A stretch of 64,000 nucleotides of DNA from the human T2T-CHM13v2.0 reference genome, Homo sapiens: assembly GCF_009914755.1 (NCBI RefSeq), contig NC_060941.1; one strand, 5' to 3'. Numbering within the stretch: position 1 is the stretch's first letter; each line of letters opens with the position of its first letter. This document shows, one piece after another, positions 26,601 through 41,422 of the stretch. The notes beneath the pieces were generated by a model, which was not told the DNA's origin, ran no database searches, and saw only the letters and a list, made by a program, of their open reading frames with translations. The translations under genes and the position numbers were made by a program.

Positions 26601-27947
26601 ATTAGGCAGCAGTGCTTCTATCCCGGAAGAATTAGGATAAATTCCCCTGTGGATCTCAAGCTCTGGGAGATTCTGGGCTCCTCTGGACTGCTCCAGTTCT
26701 GCAATCATAGGAAAGGTCTCCCATGTCTGTTTGGGAGAAGAAAACCCCGTAGCAAATCCATTTCCCCTTTTGACAAATGAAGGCGAGGGTGTGGGCTGGA
26801 CACATGTTTCCTTTTTGTGGATTTTTTTTGTTTTAACACTTAGAATTCTGTAGCTGAAGGAGACTTTGGGGGGTTGTCTGCCTGATTTGCAAGTGAAGAA
26901 ATGGAGGCCCAGGGAAGTTAAGTGACTGGCCCAGGGTCATGCAGAGTCATGCTGGAATATCAAGCTAGATAGCCCAGTTCCTGCTCCAAAGTGCTTTCCT
27001 CCCTGGTTGGGGAGGAGGGTTGGAGGGAGTGGACCCCGAGCAACAGCAGCATTGGCAGGGGTTGGAAGAGTAGCTACTGTATCCAGGTGCTGGAGCCTCT
27101 GGCCACTTCCTGCAGGAACCAGGTGACCCACCATGGCACAGGCCTCTCCCTGTCTATCTGCAGCCCTGGGGGCCCCAGGGACCAGAGGACACTCTGGCCT
27201 GAGGGCTGGGGCCTGAGAGAAGAGATGGAAGTACCCCTAGTCTGGCCTGCCCCCGTGGCGTCCTGCAGGCATATCCGGCAGCCCAGGGGTCCTAGAGAAC
27301 TTGGCTGGTGGGCGTCCCCACCTTGCCGCAGCTGCACCCTGTGGCCAGCAGCTTGCAGGACTTGGGCTGTTGCCTGTGGCCCTGAAACAGTCATTTTCTG
27401 AGCTGAGTGGGGATCAGGTGAGCAGATCCCCACACCTTAACTGCTGTGATCTTTCTGTCCTGGAGGCTGGTGGGCAGCCTGGTTGGTGCTTCATGGCACT
27501 TTATGACCGGCCCTGTCACCAGGCTCGTGAGTTGCTCCCCTCCTTTCGGGCATCCTGAACGGCTTCCCTGAGAGCCCCGCCCTGGGCCTTCGCCTCTGCA
27601 GGCCCCCGCTGCCTGGGGCGCCTCCTTCCCCTGGAAGCTGGGCCTCTTTGGGGACTCATTAAGAAGGGCCTTGCCGAGTGCTGCCAAATTGCCCCATCTG
27701 GTCCCCATTTGTTCCACTTACCACCCTATTTTAACTTTTATGTCTCCTCCTTGGCTCTAAGATCTGAGCAGGCAGGGCCTGTGAGGCACCCCAGGTCCCC
27801 TGATGCTGCCAGCACCCAGGGGACTGTTAGTACATATGCAGGGAGGGAAGGAATGAAGGAAGAGATGACTTGGGGAGTCCTCCAGTTCCCATTTGTAACT
27901 GGCACATTGCGACAAAACACTCATGGCATTTTACCTTTTTCATATAC

Positions 27948-28253
27948 CTTTTTTTTAAATTTATTTTTATTTGAGATGGAGTCTCGCTCCGTCACCTAGG
28001 CTGGAGTGCAGTAGCACAATCTTGGCTCACTGCAACCTCCACCTCTCGGGTTCAAGCGAGTCTCCTGCCTCAGCCTCCTAAGTAGCTGGGATTATAGGCG
28101 CCCACCACCACGCCCGGCGAATTTTTGTATTTTTAGTAGAGATGGGGTTTCACCAAGTTGGCCAGGCTGGTCTCGAACTCCCGACTTCAGGTGATCCGCC
28201 TGCCTTCGCCTCCCAAAGTGTTGGGATTACAGGCGTGAGCCACTGCACCTGGC
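27948..28253 (-). mobile_element. AluS (Sx-like)
   Basis: Antisense Alu; TSD tttc(a/g)tata(c/t)ct. Confidence 0.95.
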
Positions 28254-29797
28254 TTTCGTATATCTATAAAAGAGAATTTGCCCAGAAAATCTTTCAGATG
28301 CACCTTTAGGGTTTTAAGGCACAGATACATGAAGCTTGTCAGTGAGCAGCTGCTGCTTATTCCTTTTTCTCTTCCAATTCAGAGCGGCCTGCGTCCCAAG
28401 CGGACAGCTGCTCCCTTCCTCTTGGCTCCCTGCTGCCCACGCTCCCACAGAAGCAGGGAGAAGAGGCAGGAAGGTGACGCGTGATCATCCGCTGGGCGCC
28501 CGCACAGTGCCGTCTGCACAGGTGCCATCTCCTTTACTTGTCACTCTCCTCGCTGAGCCCTTTCCCCTTTTTGCAGATGAGAGAGCATTGCCTCCCAGAG
28601 GTTAAGAAATGGGCCCAGAGTCACTCAGCTGATCAGCGTGCAGCCAGATTTGAACCACATCCTGCTGATCTCCATGCCTGCAGGCCTGGCCTGATGAGAT
28701 GGACAGCTGGGTGGTGGAGACCTTGAGACCCTGGATGGCTCCCAAATAGGGCCTGTAGCTCCTGGACAGGGAGAGTCTGGCACAAAGGGTTTGTGGAGTG
28801 AGCTGGGGGAGAAGGTGGCTTAGGGTCCCTGTCTCTGAACAAACAGATGGAGGGGCTATTCCAGCGTTTTCTCAGCCTCTGGTGTGCTGGGCTCCTGGTT
28901 CTGGGAGGAGAGAATGGAGCTGGCCTCCATTCTGGGCTGGGCTGGTTTGGGCCCAATTCAGACAAGCTTCTTAGTTTGCCATGAGTGACACTTTTGCCTG
29001 CCCTGGTGTCTCTGCCAAAAATATGAAGGGTTTCAGAACCCCCACCCCGGCCTGCTTCCCTCCCAGACTTGGAGTGGGTCTGGGGCTGACAACAGTCTCA
29101 TGCCAGATAGCCTGAGCAGCCACCAGTGCCATCAGGTCTGACACTGCGGCCCCTGCCCCGGAGGGAAAAACAAGGCCCTCTCTGGGGGATTTTCTGCCAG
29201 CTTGTGAAAACAGGCCTGGAGTCAGCCAGCGCCCCCATGCTTAGACACTTCGTGTGGTTTTCAAAGTGCTTTTATGTTGCTAGCTCATATGATCTTCCCC
29301 AAAACCCCATAAGGGAGGGCAGGAAGTTTGAGCAACAGCCTGTCAAGCACCCATACAGCAGGTGGTTTCATTGCCCTCCATTTACAGACAAGTAAACTGA
29401 GCTTCAGGGTGGCTACCGCTTGTCTCCCAAGCCACCCAGCCATTTAGCCACGGAAGAGGTCATGACTTTTTACACCCCAGTGAAGCTGAAGATTTTTCTT
29501 TCCGTTTTTAAAAATGTTTACTCCCCAGGGCAGTGAACACCTGGTGCCTCTGTCTAGCGCAAGAGGTGAACGTTTGCCACTTCCGTTTCTTTCCTCCTAC
29601 CAGACCTGACCCTCCTTTTGTGACGGGAACATCCTGCAGGCAGTCTGTCCTGCTTTCATAGACTTTGAGAAACGGGGTCCAAATTGCCGGCTGTGGGTGG
29701 GACAGGCGACACTGCAGTGAAGAGGTGGAGTATTTTTGTAGCGGGGAAGAAATACATTTCCTCTACCCTCTTAGGTTCAGTGTTTGGGGGTCTGTGA

Positions 29798-30328
<531 letters not shown>

Positions 30329-30335
30329 GAACTTA

Positions 30336-30873
<538 letters not shown>

Positions 30874-31310
30874 TTAATAGGGGAAATGGAAGGGGCAAAA
30901 GCACATATTATGGGCTGGGTGCAATGTGCCCAGTGCAGGAGGCAGACGTGGTTTATGGTTGCTGTTGAAACCAGTGCAGGGCCCGATTGCTTTGTATTGA
31001 GTGTTGAGGATCCTGGTTTTGTATCAGCCATGAGTTTGCAGCTCTGGGACACACTTGATGTTGGCTCAAGGGGAAATGAGGTTGGAGGGGCAGGGTGGTT
31101 GGATTGGATGTGGGCCTGGGGCCATTGCTGATCTACAAAGTGGTCATCACACGGGAATAATAGAGCTGGCTACAGACCACAACCAGCAATATTATTTAAA
31201 AGTAAGGTCACACTTTTAATAATAAGTCACATTTTAAGTTATTATCAATTTATAAAACACACTGTTGGTATAATGATAGCTTTTCAAGAAGGATATAAAA
31301 AGGCATGTTG

Positions 31311-31624
31311 GGCTGGGTGCAGTGACTCACGCCTATAATCCCAGCACTTTGAGAGGCTGAGGTCGGCGGATCACTTCAAGCCAGGAGTTTGAGACCAGCC
31401 TGGCCAACATGGTGAAACCCTGTCTCTGCTAAAAATACAAAAAAAAATTAGCTTGGCGTGGCGGCGCATGCTTGTAATCCCAGCTACGGGGGAGGCTGTG
31501 GCAGAAGAATCACTTAAAACCTGGGAGGTGGAGGTTGCAGTGAGCTGAGATCGCGCCACTACACTCCAGCCTGGGCAACAGAGCCAGACTCCGTCTCAAA
31601 AAAAAAGAAAAAAAAGAAAAAAAG
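31311..31624 (+). mobile_element. AluS
   Basis: Full Alu; TSD taaaaaggcatgttg. Confidence 0.96.
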
Positions 31625-31789
31625 TAAAAAGGCATGTTGAAGGTACCTGCTTGTGGAAAGTTGCAACTTGACGGGAGGTAGGGCGAGCACTTCTTAGAAA
31701 GGTGGAAATGGGCCCTCCTGCTACAGAGACCCACAAACATAGACTGAGGCCTGCAGCCTAGGAGACTCAAAAGAGGCAAAGGTGAATAA

Positions 31790-32760
31790 GAGTCAAGGTC
31801 TCCAAGTCAGGGTCTGACTCTGGGGGTGGGGGTCACATATGATGGAGGATGTCAGGAGGGCTTCCTGGAGGTGGTGACATTTACCAGGGGGGATTTTAGG
31901 TGGGGTTTGCGAGACAGTAGGACCTGGCTGAAGAGCGTAGGCTCCTTAGACAGGAGTGGGAATTCAGGCTTGAAAATGAGTTGGCCAGATTGCAGGGGTC
32001 CTCGAATGCAAGGGAAGAATTTCAACTTTAACAGAGGAGCCTGGGAAGCTGTTTGGGAAAAGGAGTGATAAAGCGGGAGGGGTCCTCCAGCAGAGCCCTG
32101 CATGGGCAGGAGGGAGCGAGATGGGAGGTGGGTGTTGGTAAGGGATGATCCCAGTGGTCCAGGGGAGCAGTCATAGGGTGGAAACTAACCTTGTGGGGTC
32201 TGGGCAGGAAGGGACTGATTTGAGACACCGGGAAGAAACAGCCAGTAGGACTTTGGTGAGAGGGCTGGGGGTCGGGGAGGGGGGTGTGGAGAGTGGGAGC
32301 TTGAGTCTCTGAAAACAGACAGTGTTCCAAGGGGGAGACCTGAGGCAAGATGTGGAGAGGCAGCTGAGCTGGGAAGCTGGAACGGAGGTGTGGTCACTCC
32401 AGGAGACTAAGTCAGGGGGCGAGGGGACCCTTGGGAGCTATCTAGACCCCAGCACTAGGGAATACGGAGGGGAGAAGGAGGGGAGAAGAACCAGCTGGTG
32501 CGTGTCAGGCACTGCCCTCGAGGTCAGATGGGGTGGGGCTGGATACTGGCCATGAGGATTTTTTCAAGAGCTGGGTTAATAGTGAGACGGGCGGACACCA
32601 GATGGCTCGGGCTAAGAAGTAAGTGGGCGGTGGGAAGCTAGAAGCCGTGGTGTAGACCTACTTTGAGAGGTTGGGCTGTTCAGACAGGGAGAAAGTTCAC
32701 AGTTTGAGGAGGTAGATAGGTCAAAGGAAGAGGGTTTGCTTGTTTTTGAGATTGGGGCAT
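31790..32760 (-). mobile_element. L2 fragment
   Basis: gtcaggagggcttcctggaggtggtgacattt and gatgtggagaggcagctg are antisense L2 motifs; purine-rich + strand. Confidence 0.6.
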
Positions 32761-33891
32761 CCTGAACGTTCTCCCAGGCCAAGTGAGAAGAAACCAGAAG
32801 AGGAACATGTCACCCAAATGTGCTGAAACAGCCCAGCAGCTGCGCTGCCTCACAGAAAATGTGCAGAGGCCCCTCTGTCCCACCATGCCTGCCTGGGGAC
32901 GGCCTTCACTCGGGCTACTCAGGGTTTCCCCAGCCTGCCAACCCAAGGGTGGCAGGAGCTGTGGGTGCTCCCAGCCCCTTCTCAAGGTTGGTCTGTGGGT
33001 AGAAATGTGGGCTGCCTCGGGGCGTCACAGCTACAAATGCATACCAGCCCTCAGAACCACATTCCTGCTCCCCAGCCCTTTCCTCCGCACCCCCATGCAG
33101 AAGCGCGGCCGCCAGCTCACAAAGGATAGGGAGGGATATTGCTCTTGGCATTTGATGGGAAGCATCTGCTGCATCCCATTGGGGTGTTGCCCAGGATGGA
33201 TTGGAAAAGAGTTGGCAGGAAGGCTGAGCTCTGTGCTCACAACCTGGCTTGGTGGTGGCCGAGGAGCTTGGCAGGAGCAGAGTGCAGGACCTGGGAACTG
33301 GGGGTTGGTGCATGTGTGCACGCACGTGTGTGTGTGTGTGCGTGCGTGCTGGGTGGGTAGGGAGGAAGCTGTGAAACCACATCCCCTCCTCTCTGCTGCT
33401 GTGTTGCTGTGTGTTTCAGCAGCACGTGGGTGTCACCACACTTCCTAGCAGGTGTCAACCTCCAAGACTGTTCTGGGCTCTTCTCCCAGTTGGCTGAGTT
33501 GGAGGTGGGAGTCCCAACTGTCCCCTGTGGCTTCCAGAGTGGGACCTTGCTGTGGGATAGGCTGGCCAATGGTGCTCCCTCCCCTGTGACCCTTCTGTTG
33601 GGTGGGTCACGAGGAAGGACTGTGGGTGTTGCCCACAGACAGGTGGACATGTGGCAAGGACACCTTGGGACCTTCTTTCTGACGCCCCTTGAAGGGGGCA
33701 CTTTCTCAGCTTTGAGATGAGTCTCTGTGGATGTGGGAAGTTCACTATCTCAAGAGCAGCAGCCTTGGAAAATCCAACACAGAACCCCGAGTAGGGGCGG
33801 GAAGGGGTCCTGTCCCGCTCACTGGCTGCCTGGCAGAGTTCTGCACAAGGAAGCGCCTGTGTTGCTGTGGGCGGAGGAATGGACTGAGGGC

Positions 33892-34590
<699 letters not shown>

Positions 34591-34704
34591 CTAGGGGCCT
34601 GTGGTGTATCTCAGGGCCCTTCTGATTTTAAGATATAAAGCAAGAAAACAAACTGGCTCAAGGGGAAAAAAGGACACGTTGAATTCTGTTGCTTTAAATG
34701 TATA

Positions 34705-34912
34705 TTTTTTTATTGTGCTAAAATGCACAGAACATAAAATTTGCCATTAGTAACACTGAGTACATTCACAGTGTCGTGCAACCATCAGCACTGTCTAGCG
34801 CCAGAACTTTTTCATCACCCCAAAGGGAAACCCCGTATCCATGAAGGACTCACTCCCCATTCGCCCTCTCCAGCCCTTGGCAGCCACCAGAATGCTTTCT
34901 GTCTCCATAAAT
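34705..34912 (-). mobile_element. L1MB-type 3' end
   Basis: tattgtgctaaaatgcacagaacataaaatttgccatt...ccagaactttttcatcaccccaaagggaaaccccgta. Confidence 0.8.
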
Positions 34913-35412
34913 TCATTTTTAATAAGTGCAATTCTGTGTGACTTTAAAATAAATAAACATGAGCACGATGAGTTGCTTATTGGAAGGATATCCATGCGGG
35001 GAGGCCGGCATGTGGAGTGCGTAGGCCTCCGGACGGGCAGGAGTTGAAGGGGCGTGGATGTGCCGCCCTCTCCTCCCCTTGCTCCTTCCTTGGGGTCACT
35101 GCCTGAGTATCCCTCTTTGCAAATGGCCCCAAATAATGTCTCAGCCCCCACGTCTGCATCGCCTCCTAGCTTCAGGACCCTCCACCAAAAAACATTCCAA
35201 GCTTCAGACTCACTCCTGGGAAAATTCCAATGGCCTCACTCTCCCTTTTGAGCCAGCCAGATCCCATGGCCTGTGGCGGGCTGCCTTTGAGTCCTGAGCA
35301 CCTGTGAGCTAGGGAAGCAGGACAGGCACACCCAGGGAAGGGGAAGAGTCGTCGTCGGTCACAGTAATTGATATCTTTGGAATCGTCTAAGAGATACTTA
35401 GCGTGTGCCTAA

Positions 35413-35724
<312 letters not shown>

Positions 35725-35990
35725 ACATTCATTTCTTAGGAGAAGCTCTGCATTTTCTGAAAGTGAAATGTCCCCAGGCGGGTGACACTGATGGTGGGAT
35801 CTGTGGCCTCACCAGTGTCTTATGAGAGATGCCGCTGTGTGTTTCACCAAGCTGTATCCTATTGTCCTCTAAATGTGGCTTGTAGACATGGTGCCGAGAA
35901 TGATCTGGGAGGTTCAAATCATAATATGGTCCAAATCAACAGCTCTCTGATGACCTGGTATTATCCTAGGATCAAATTGAGACTATCCGA

Positions 35991-37005
<1,015 letters not shown>

Positions 37006-39009
37006 TGAATGCTGAGTGTGTGCTGAGCGGTAGAGAACTTTGAGAAGTGCTGAAGGACAGAGGCTTTGTGTGGGGGATGCAGCCCCAGGCCGGAGATGCC
37101 TTCTCTGTGCTCTGGAGACCCTCATTTGGTGACAGCAAGAGGAACCACTGCAAGAGGGGCGGCCACCTCAGCAAAGCACCCAGGATGCTGGCCTCCCAGC
37201 TCAGGAATCCAGAGGCAGAGGAGGGGAGGAGGCTGGGCTTGGAGGAGAGCAGGGTCTTGGGCCCTGGGAAAAGCCTGGGGGGCCAGAAAGCTGGGGGACA
37301 GATTGAGGCCAGAGGCAAAGAGAAGAAGGTTCGGAGAGGAGGGCCAAGGAAGAAGGGTTCTGCCCACGGGGAGGGAGAGGCCCACGGGGCAGGGGCGTGG
37401 TGGGAGCTGCATCCTCGAGGCTTTCTGTTGACCCTGACACCTGGCCAGAAAGGAGTTCCTTCTGGCATCCTTTGTCAGCGGTTTCTGGAGCTGCCCTTTA
37501 GGGGCCAGTGATGAGGGTGCCCTGGGCTGGGCTGCAGACAGTGGAAAAGACAGGCTCTTCTCACTCCCAGTGCTGGGGAAATTAGCTTCTTGGAGGAAGG
37601 GGGAGCTGTATTTTCTGAGTGGCCGCACTTCCTGGCCTAGACGTGTGTGTCTTGCTGTAATTTTGGCGACTGGTGTTGGTGGTGCCCATTTTATGGATGG
37701 GGAAGGTCAAATTCCACAGATATTGAGTGACAGGCCCAGGGCCTTGGATTTCAGTGTTTGACTCAGAACCCAGGTCTCTGATCTGCCACCAGCCTCCCTC
37801 CCATTCAGATGGGAACAGGGACTCCGGGCATGCAGTCTTCTCCCAGACACTCCCCCGGCTCTGGCCTGGCGCCCGGAGACCAGTAGCAGCAGCTCCCCAC
37901 GGCCGTTCACTGTGAGGGTGGGGAGGGCCGTGGGACCAGGAGGCCTTAGGGGGAAAGTTGGCCATGAGGAGTGGGAAGCGACGGGTCAGATGCCAGTGAC
38001 TGCTGGCTGGGGAGCCGCTGGACGTGGCTGGCCTGTTTGGCCAGTGTGGCGGGTGCCCCGGGGCTTCAGTCACCCCCAGCCACGTGTGGGGGTGCGGGAT
38101 GGGAAAGGTAAGAGTGTGTGGAGCCCAGTCAGCACTCAACATGAGGTCCCGTGGGGGCTGCCTGAGGGCGTAGCTTCCAGAATTCAGCCCCTGGCCCTCA
38201 GAAGGTGTCACCAAAGGCTTCTTTCCATTTGAGTGAATCCCTCCCAGCCCCCAGCAAGCCCTCGGAACGAGCCCACTCCCAGGCGCTCTCTCCTAGTGTG
38301 GGAGTGGCCACGCCCCTGCTGGGAGTGACTCACTTGGGTTCAGAGGTCGTGGCACTGAGATGGGTCTGGCAGATCCCAGCGTCCAGGCCCAGCCCCTATA
38401 GTGTCAGCTCCCTCCTCTGGGGACCCCCTTGCTTGTGCCCCTCTGGGTCCCAGCACATCCCAGGCCTGCAGGGAGGGGGAGAGGAAGAGACTGACTCACT
38501 GGCCAGGTCCCCCAGGGGCTGGAGAGGCTGGAGAGGCAGGAGCTGGATCAGATCTGAATCCAGAGGCTCTCGGAGGAAGAGCTCAGGGTGAGCTGCGCCC
38601 CCATCCCCTGCCCCTCCTCTCCTGCTCCTTCTCCCTTCCATGGTCCCAGCCAGCAAGCACCTGGGGTAGAGGGGACAAACCCAGGTGGCTGTGTTCCAGC
38701 CCTGGCTGCAGGTCTGAATGGCTTTCTGGGGTGGCTGGCCATGCTCCCTGAGAGCCCAGCTGTGGCGATGTCTGAGCAGGTAGGTGGGGGAGCACCTAGG
38801 AAGCAGGGGTGTCAGGCAGAGCACAAGGAGAGAGGGTGTCCAGGTCAGTTTCAGGACCTGGCTGAGAGGAGGGGGCTCCTCACGGGCACCGCCTCTGGCA
38901 AGCACAGGGACAAGGGCAAGGACGGCATGGCCAGAGGTCCCTGGGAGCCTCTTCCCCTCTCTTCTTCCTAGCAGCTCCCCCTCACTCTTCCCAGGGACCC
39001 TGTCACTTT

Positions 39010-39970
39010 CCTTTAGCGTGTGGCAGCTCCTTGGCGTCCCTCCCGTGCCTTCAGGTTGCTTCTGCGCCGGGCCTGCCGCTGGGCGCCCCTATCTCTGCCT
39101 GCCCCCTCCTCCTGCTCCCCTCGCCCTGCCCCCTTGGAGCAATTCCCCACCGAGCCTCCCTTCCCAGGCAGTCGAGGTCCCTCCCTACCTCTGCCCCGCG
39201 CTCTGGGAGGCTCCTTGTTCCGCGACCACAAAGCCCCTTTGATCCTCTGCTCGGCTCTGAGCCATGTGACCCGGTGGGCGGGCCGCGGCTCTCGGCGCGT
39301 CCAGCGCAGCCCGACGTTCCGCTGCTGGGGTGAGTCCTGCTCCTTTGTTCTTCCCAGCCTTGCACCACTGGCTCGGGGGCTCTCAGGTGGCGCGGCCGCG
39401 AGGCGGACCCTGATGGCCATGGTGGCGGTGCCGGGAGCCACGCTGTCCCTGGGCCCCGGCCCGAGGCCGGCAGGACCGAGCGGGGTCCCCAGGAGAGGGT
39501 TGGCGGGGAGCTCGATCTCCACGCGGGGACCAGATTTTCGGCCTCAAAATAGAAGAATAGGGCTTTGTGTGGTCACAGCTATCTCTTTGTAAATATTTGG
39601 CCAACTAAGCTGAGTGGCTAAGTTCTCCTGCTGCCCGGAGCTTCTTGGAACATGTTTCCTTTTCGCAAGGGGTTTCCCTGACTTCCAGGAGGGCCAGGAA
39701 GAAATTCGAATTGGCCACCGCTTTCTCTAAAATCACTCCGCTCAAGTTATCACCCCTCTGGGCTCCCGAAGACCGGCTGGCTGGAGGCTGGAGATAGTCT
39801 CAATGCTCGAAATGCCGTAACCCAAGCTCCCCGCGGCGCCGGCACTGGGATCCAGGGAGCTGCTGCTACAGCGCAGCTCTGGATTCCTGGATGTGTTGGA
39901 TATGTGCAGGGCGTTCCTGGGAGGAGCGGGGAGGGAGGGTGCTGCTGGCGGGGCTGGTCTGCGTGTGCTT
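39010..39970 (+). promoter_or_regulatory. CpG island / TATA-less promoter
   Basis: Highest CpG density in the window (core ~39220-39545); E-box catgtgac 39263-39270; GC box gggcgg 39276-39281; splice donor ggg|gtgagt at 39329/39330. Confidence 0.75.
39285..39329 (+). ncRNA. Putative short first exon of a spliced non-coding transcript
   Basis: Lies just downstream of the GC box and ends in a consensus GTGAGT donor; contains no ATG; TSS position is inferred. Confidence 0.45.
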
Positions 39971-41124
39971 TGCTTCTCTACAATGGCATGCTGCGTGTCG
40001 GCCATGCAGAGGCATGTCAGTGAGCAGGGGCTGAGGGATCTCCCTAACGGACCTGCTTTCAGAGGGTCTTTTCATGCTGGGAGAACCCCAGAGACTAAAT
40101 CATGCAGCCAACGGGGTGGTCCCCGGCCTCAAAGCAGGGAGGGGCGAGGAGCTTTGTAGGCAATGCCATCTGCTCCTGAAACGCCGTCCCAGTGACTCTG
40201 GGGACTGACTCAGCCTCCAGCCTGCTGCACTTCATCCCTGGCCCCTCTCTCTTTGCTTTTTCATGTGAAATCTGCTGTGTTTTGGTCAGAGGTTTGGGGA
40301 ACAGCTCTCTGCTCATCTAAGATAAGTTTGTAATTCCTTTCCTGGAGAAAAATATGCCACCCGGAAGCAGGTTGAGCAGTGGTTTTCTGGCAGGTCTGTT
40401 CGGGGCTGTGGAGACAGCACCTGCTGGATCAGGATGGAGTTGGAATTTGGTTTGGATCCCACATGAGAAAACCCGTTGGAAGAGGAGGAAGCAGAAAAAG
40501 GCCCCATTCCCTAATAATGCTGTGGGTTTTCCTCCTCCATTCATTGCCACCTTGCCTTGAAACTTAATGGGGCCACGTGTGTTTCCATGAATGTCATTCT
40601 CTTTGGCCAACTCCCCCGGCAGCCCCAGGAGCTCCTTTTCAGGAAAAGGAAGAAGGTGTTTGCTTAGCATCTAGTATACGAGTCCTTGTTGGAAAGGTGG
40701 GATTCTTGTTTCTCCTTGGGTCTCTTTTAGGCTGAGATGTGGTCAAGGAAGGCCTGTGGTGTGGCTCGCCTTTTTTAATGCTCGTCTCTGGAGACCTGAG
40801 TTGCTGCTGACTCCCAGCTTGCCCCTTCTGTCCCCTGGCCATTTCTGTGTCGGGGTGGCTGAGACACTATTGCATTGGCCACTTTGTGTTCCCACTAGCC
40901 CCCGCCCCTGTAGGCTGTCATTGTGATGGTGATGGGGCCAATTCAGCTGCGGTGGGGAGGACCCACTGTGTGCGCCTGGGGGGTGGCGTGGGGCACTCTG
41001 GGATGAGAAGATGCGACTTCTGCCCTGAGAGCCCTGTTTTAATGGAAGGCGGGGGCATAGTTGCAGGCAGAAGCCATCAAGCACTGTGGTCAGACCAGCA
41101 TTCCATGTCAAAAATGGCCTTGTT

Positions 41125-41422
<298 letters not shown>

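Noticed and set aside
35784-35955. Small hairpin gacactg...cagtgtc and a tgatga motif as miRNA/snoRNA
   Set aside because: Stem too short and bulged for a pre-miRNA; no properly ordered C/D boxes with a terminal stem
39013-39592. Overlapping 169-190 aa ORFs across the CpG island
   Set aside because: Open on both strands because high GC depletes stop codons; no recognisable protein family
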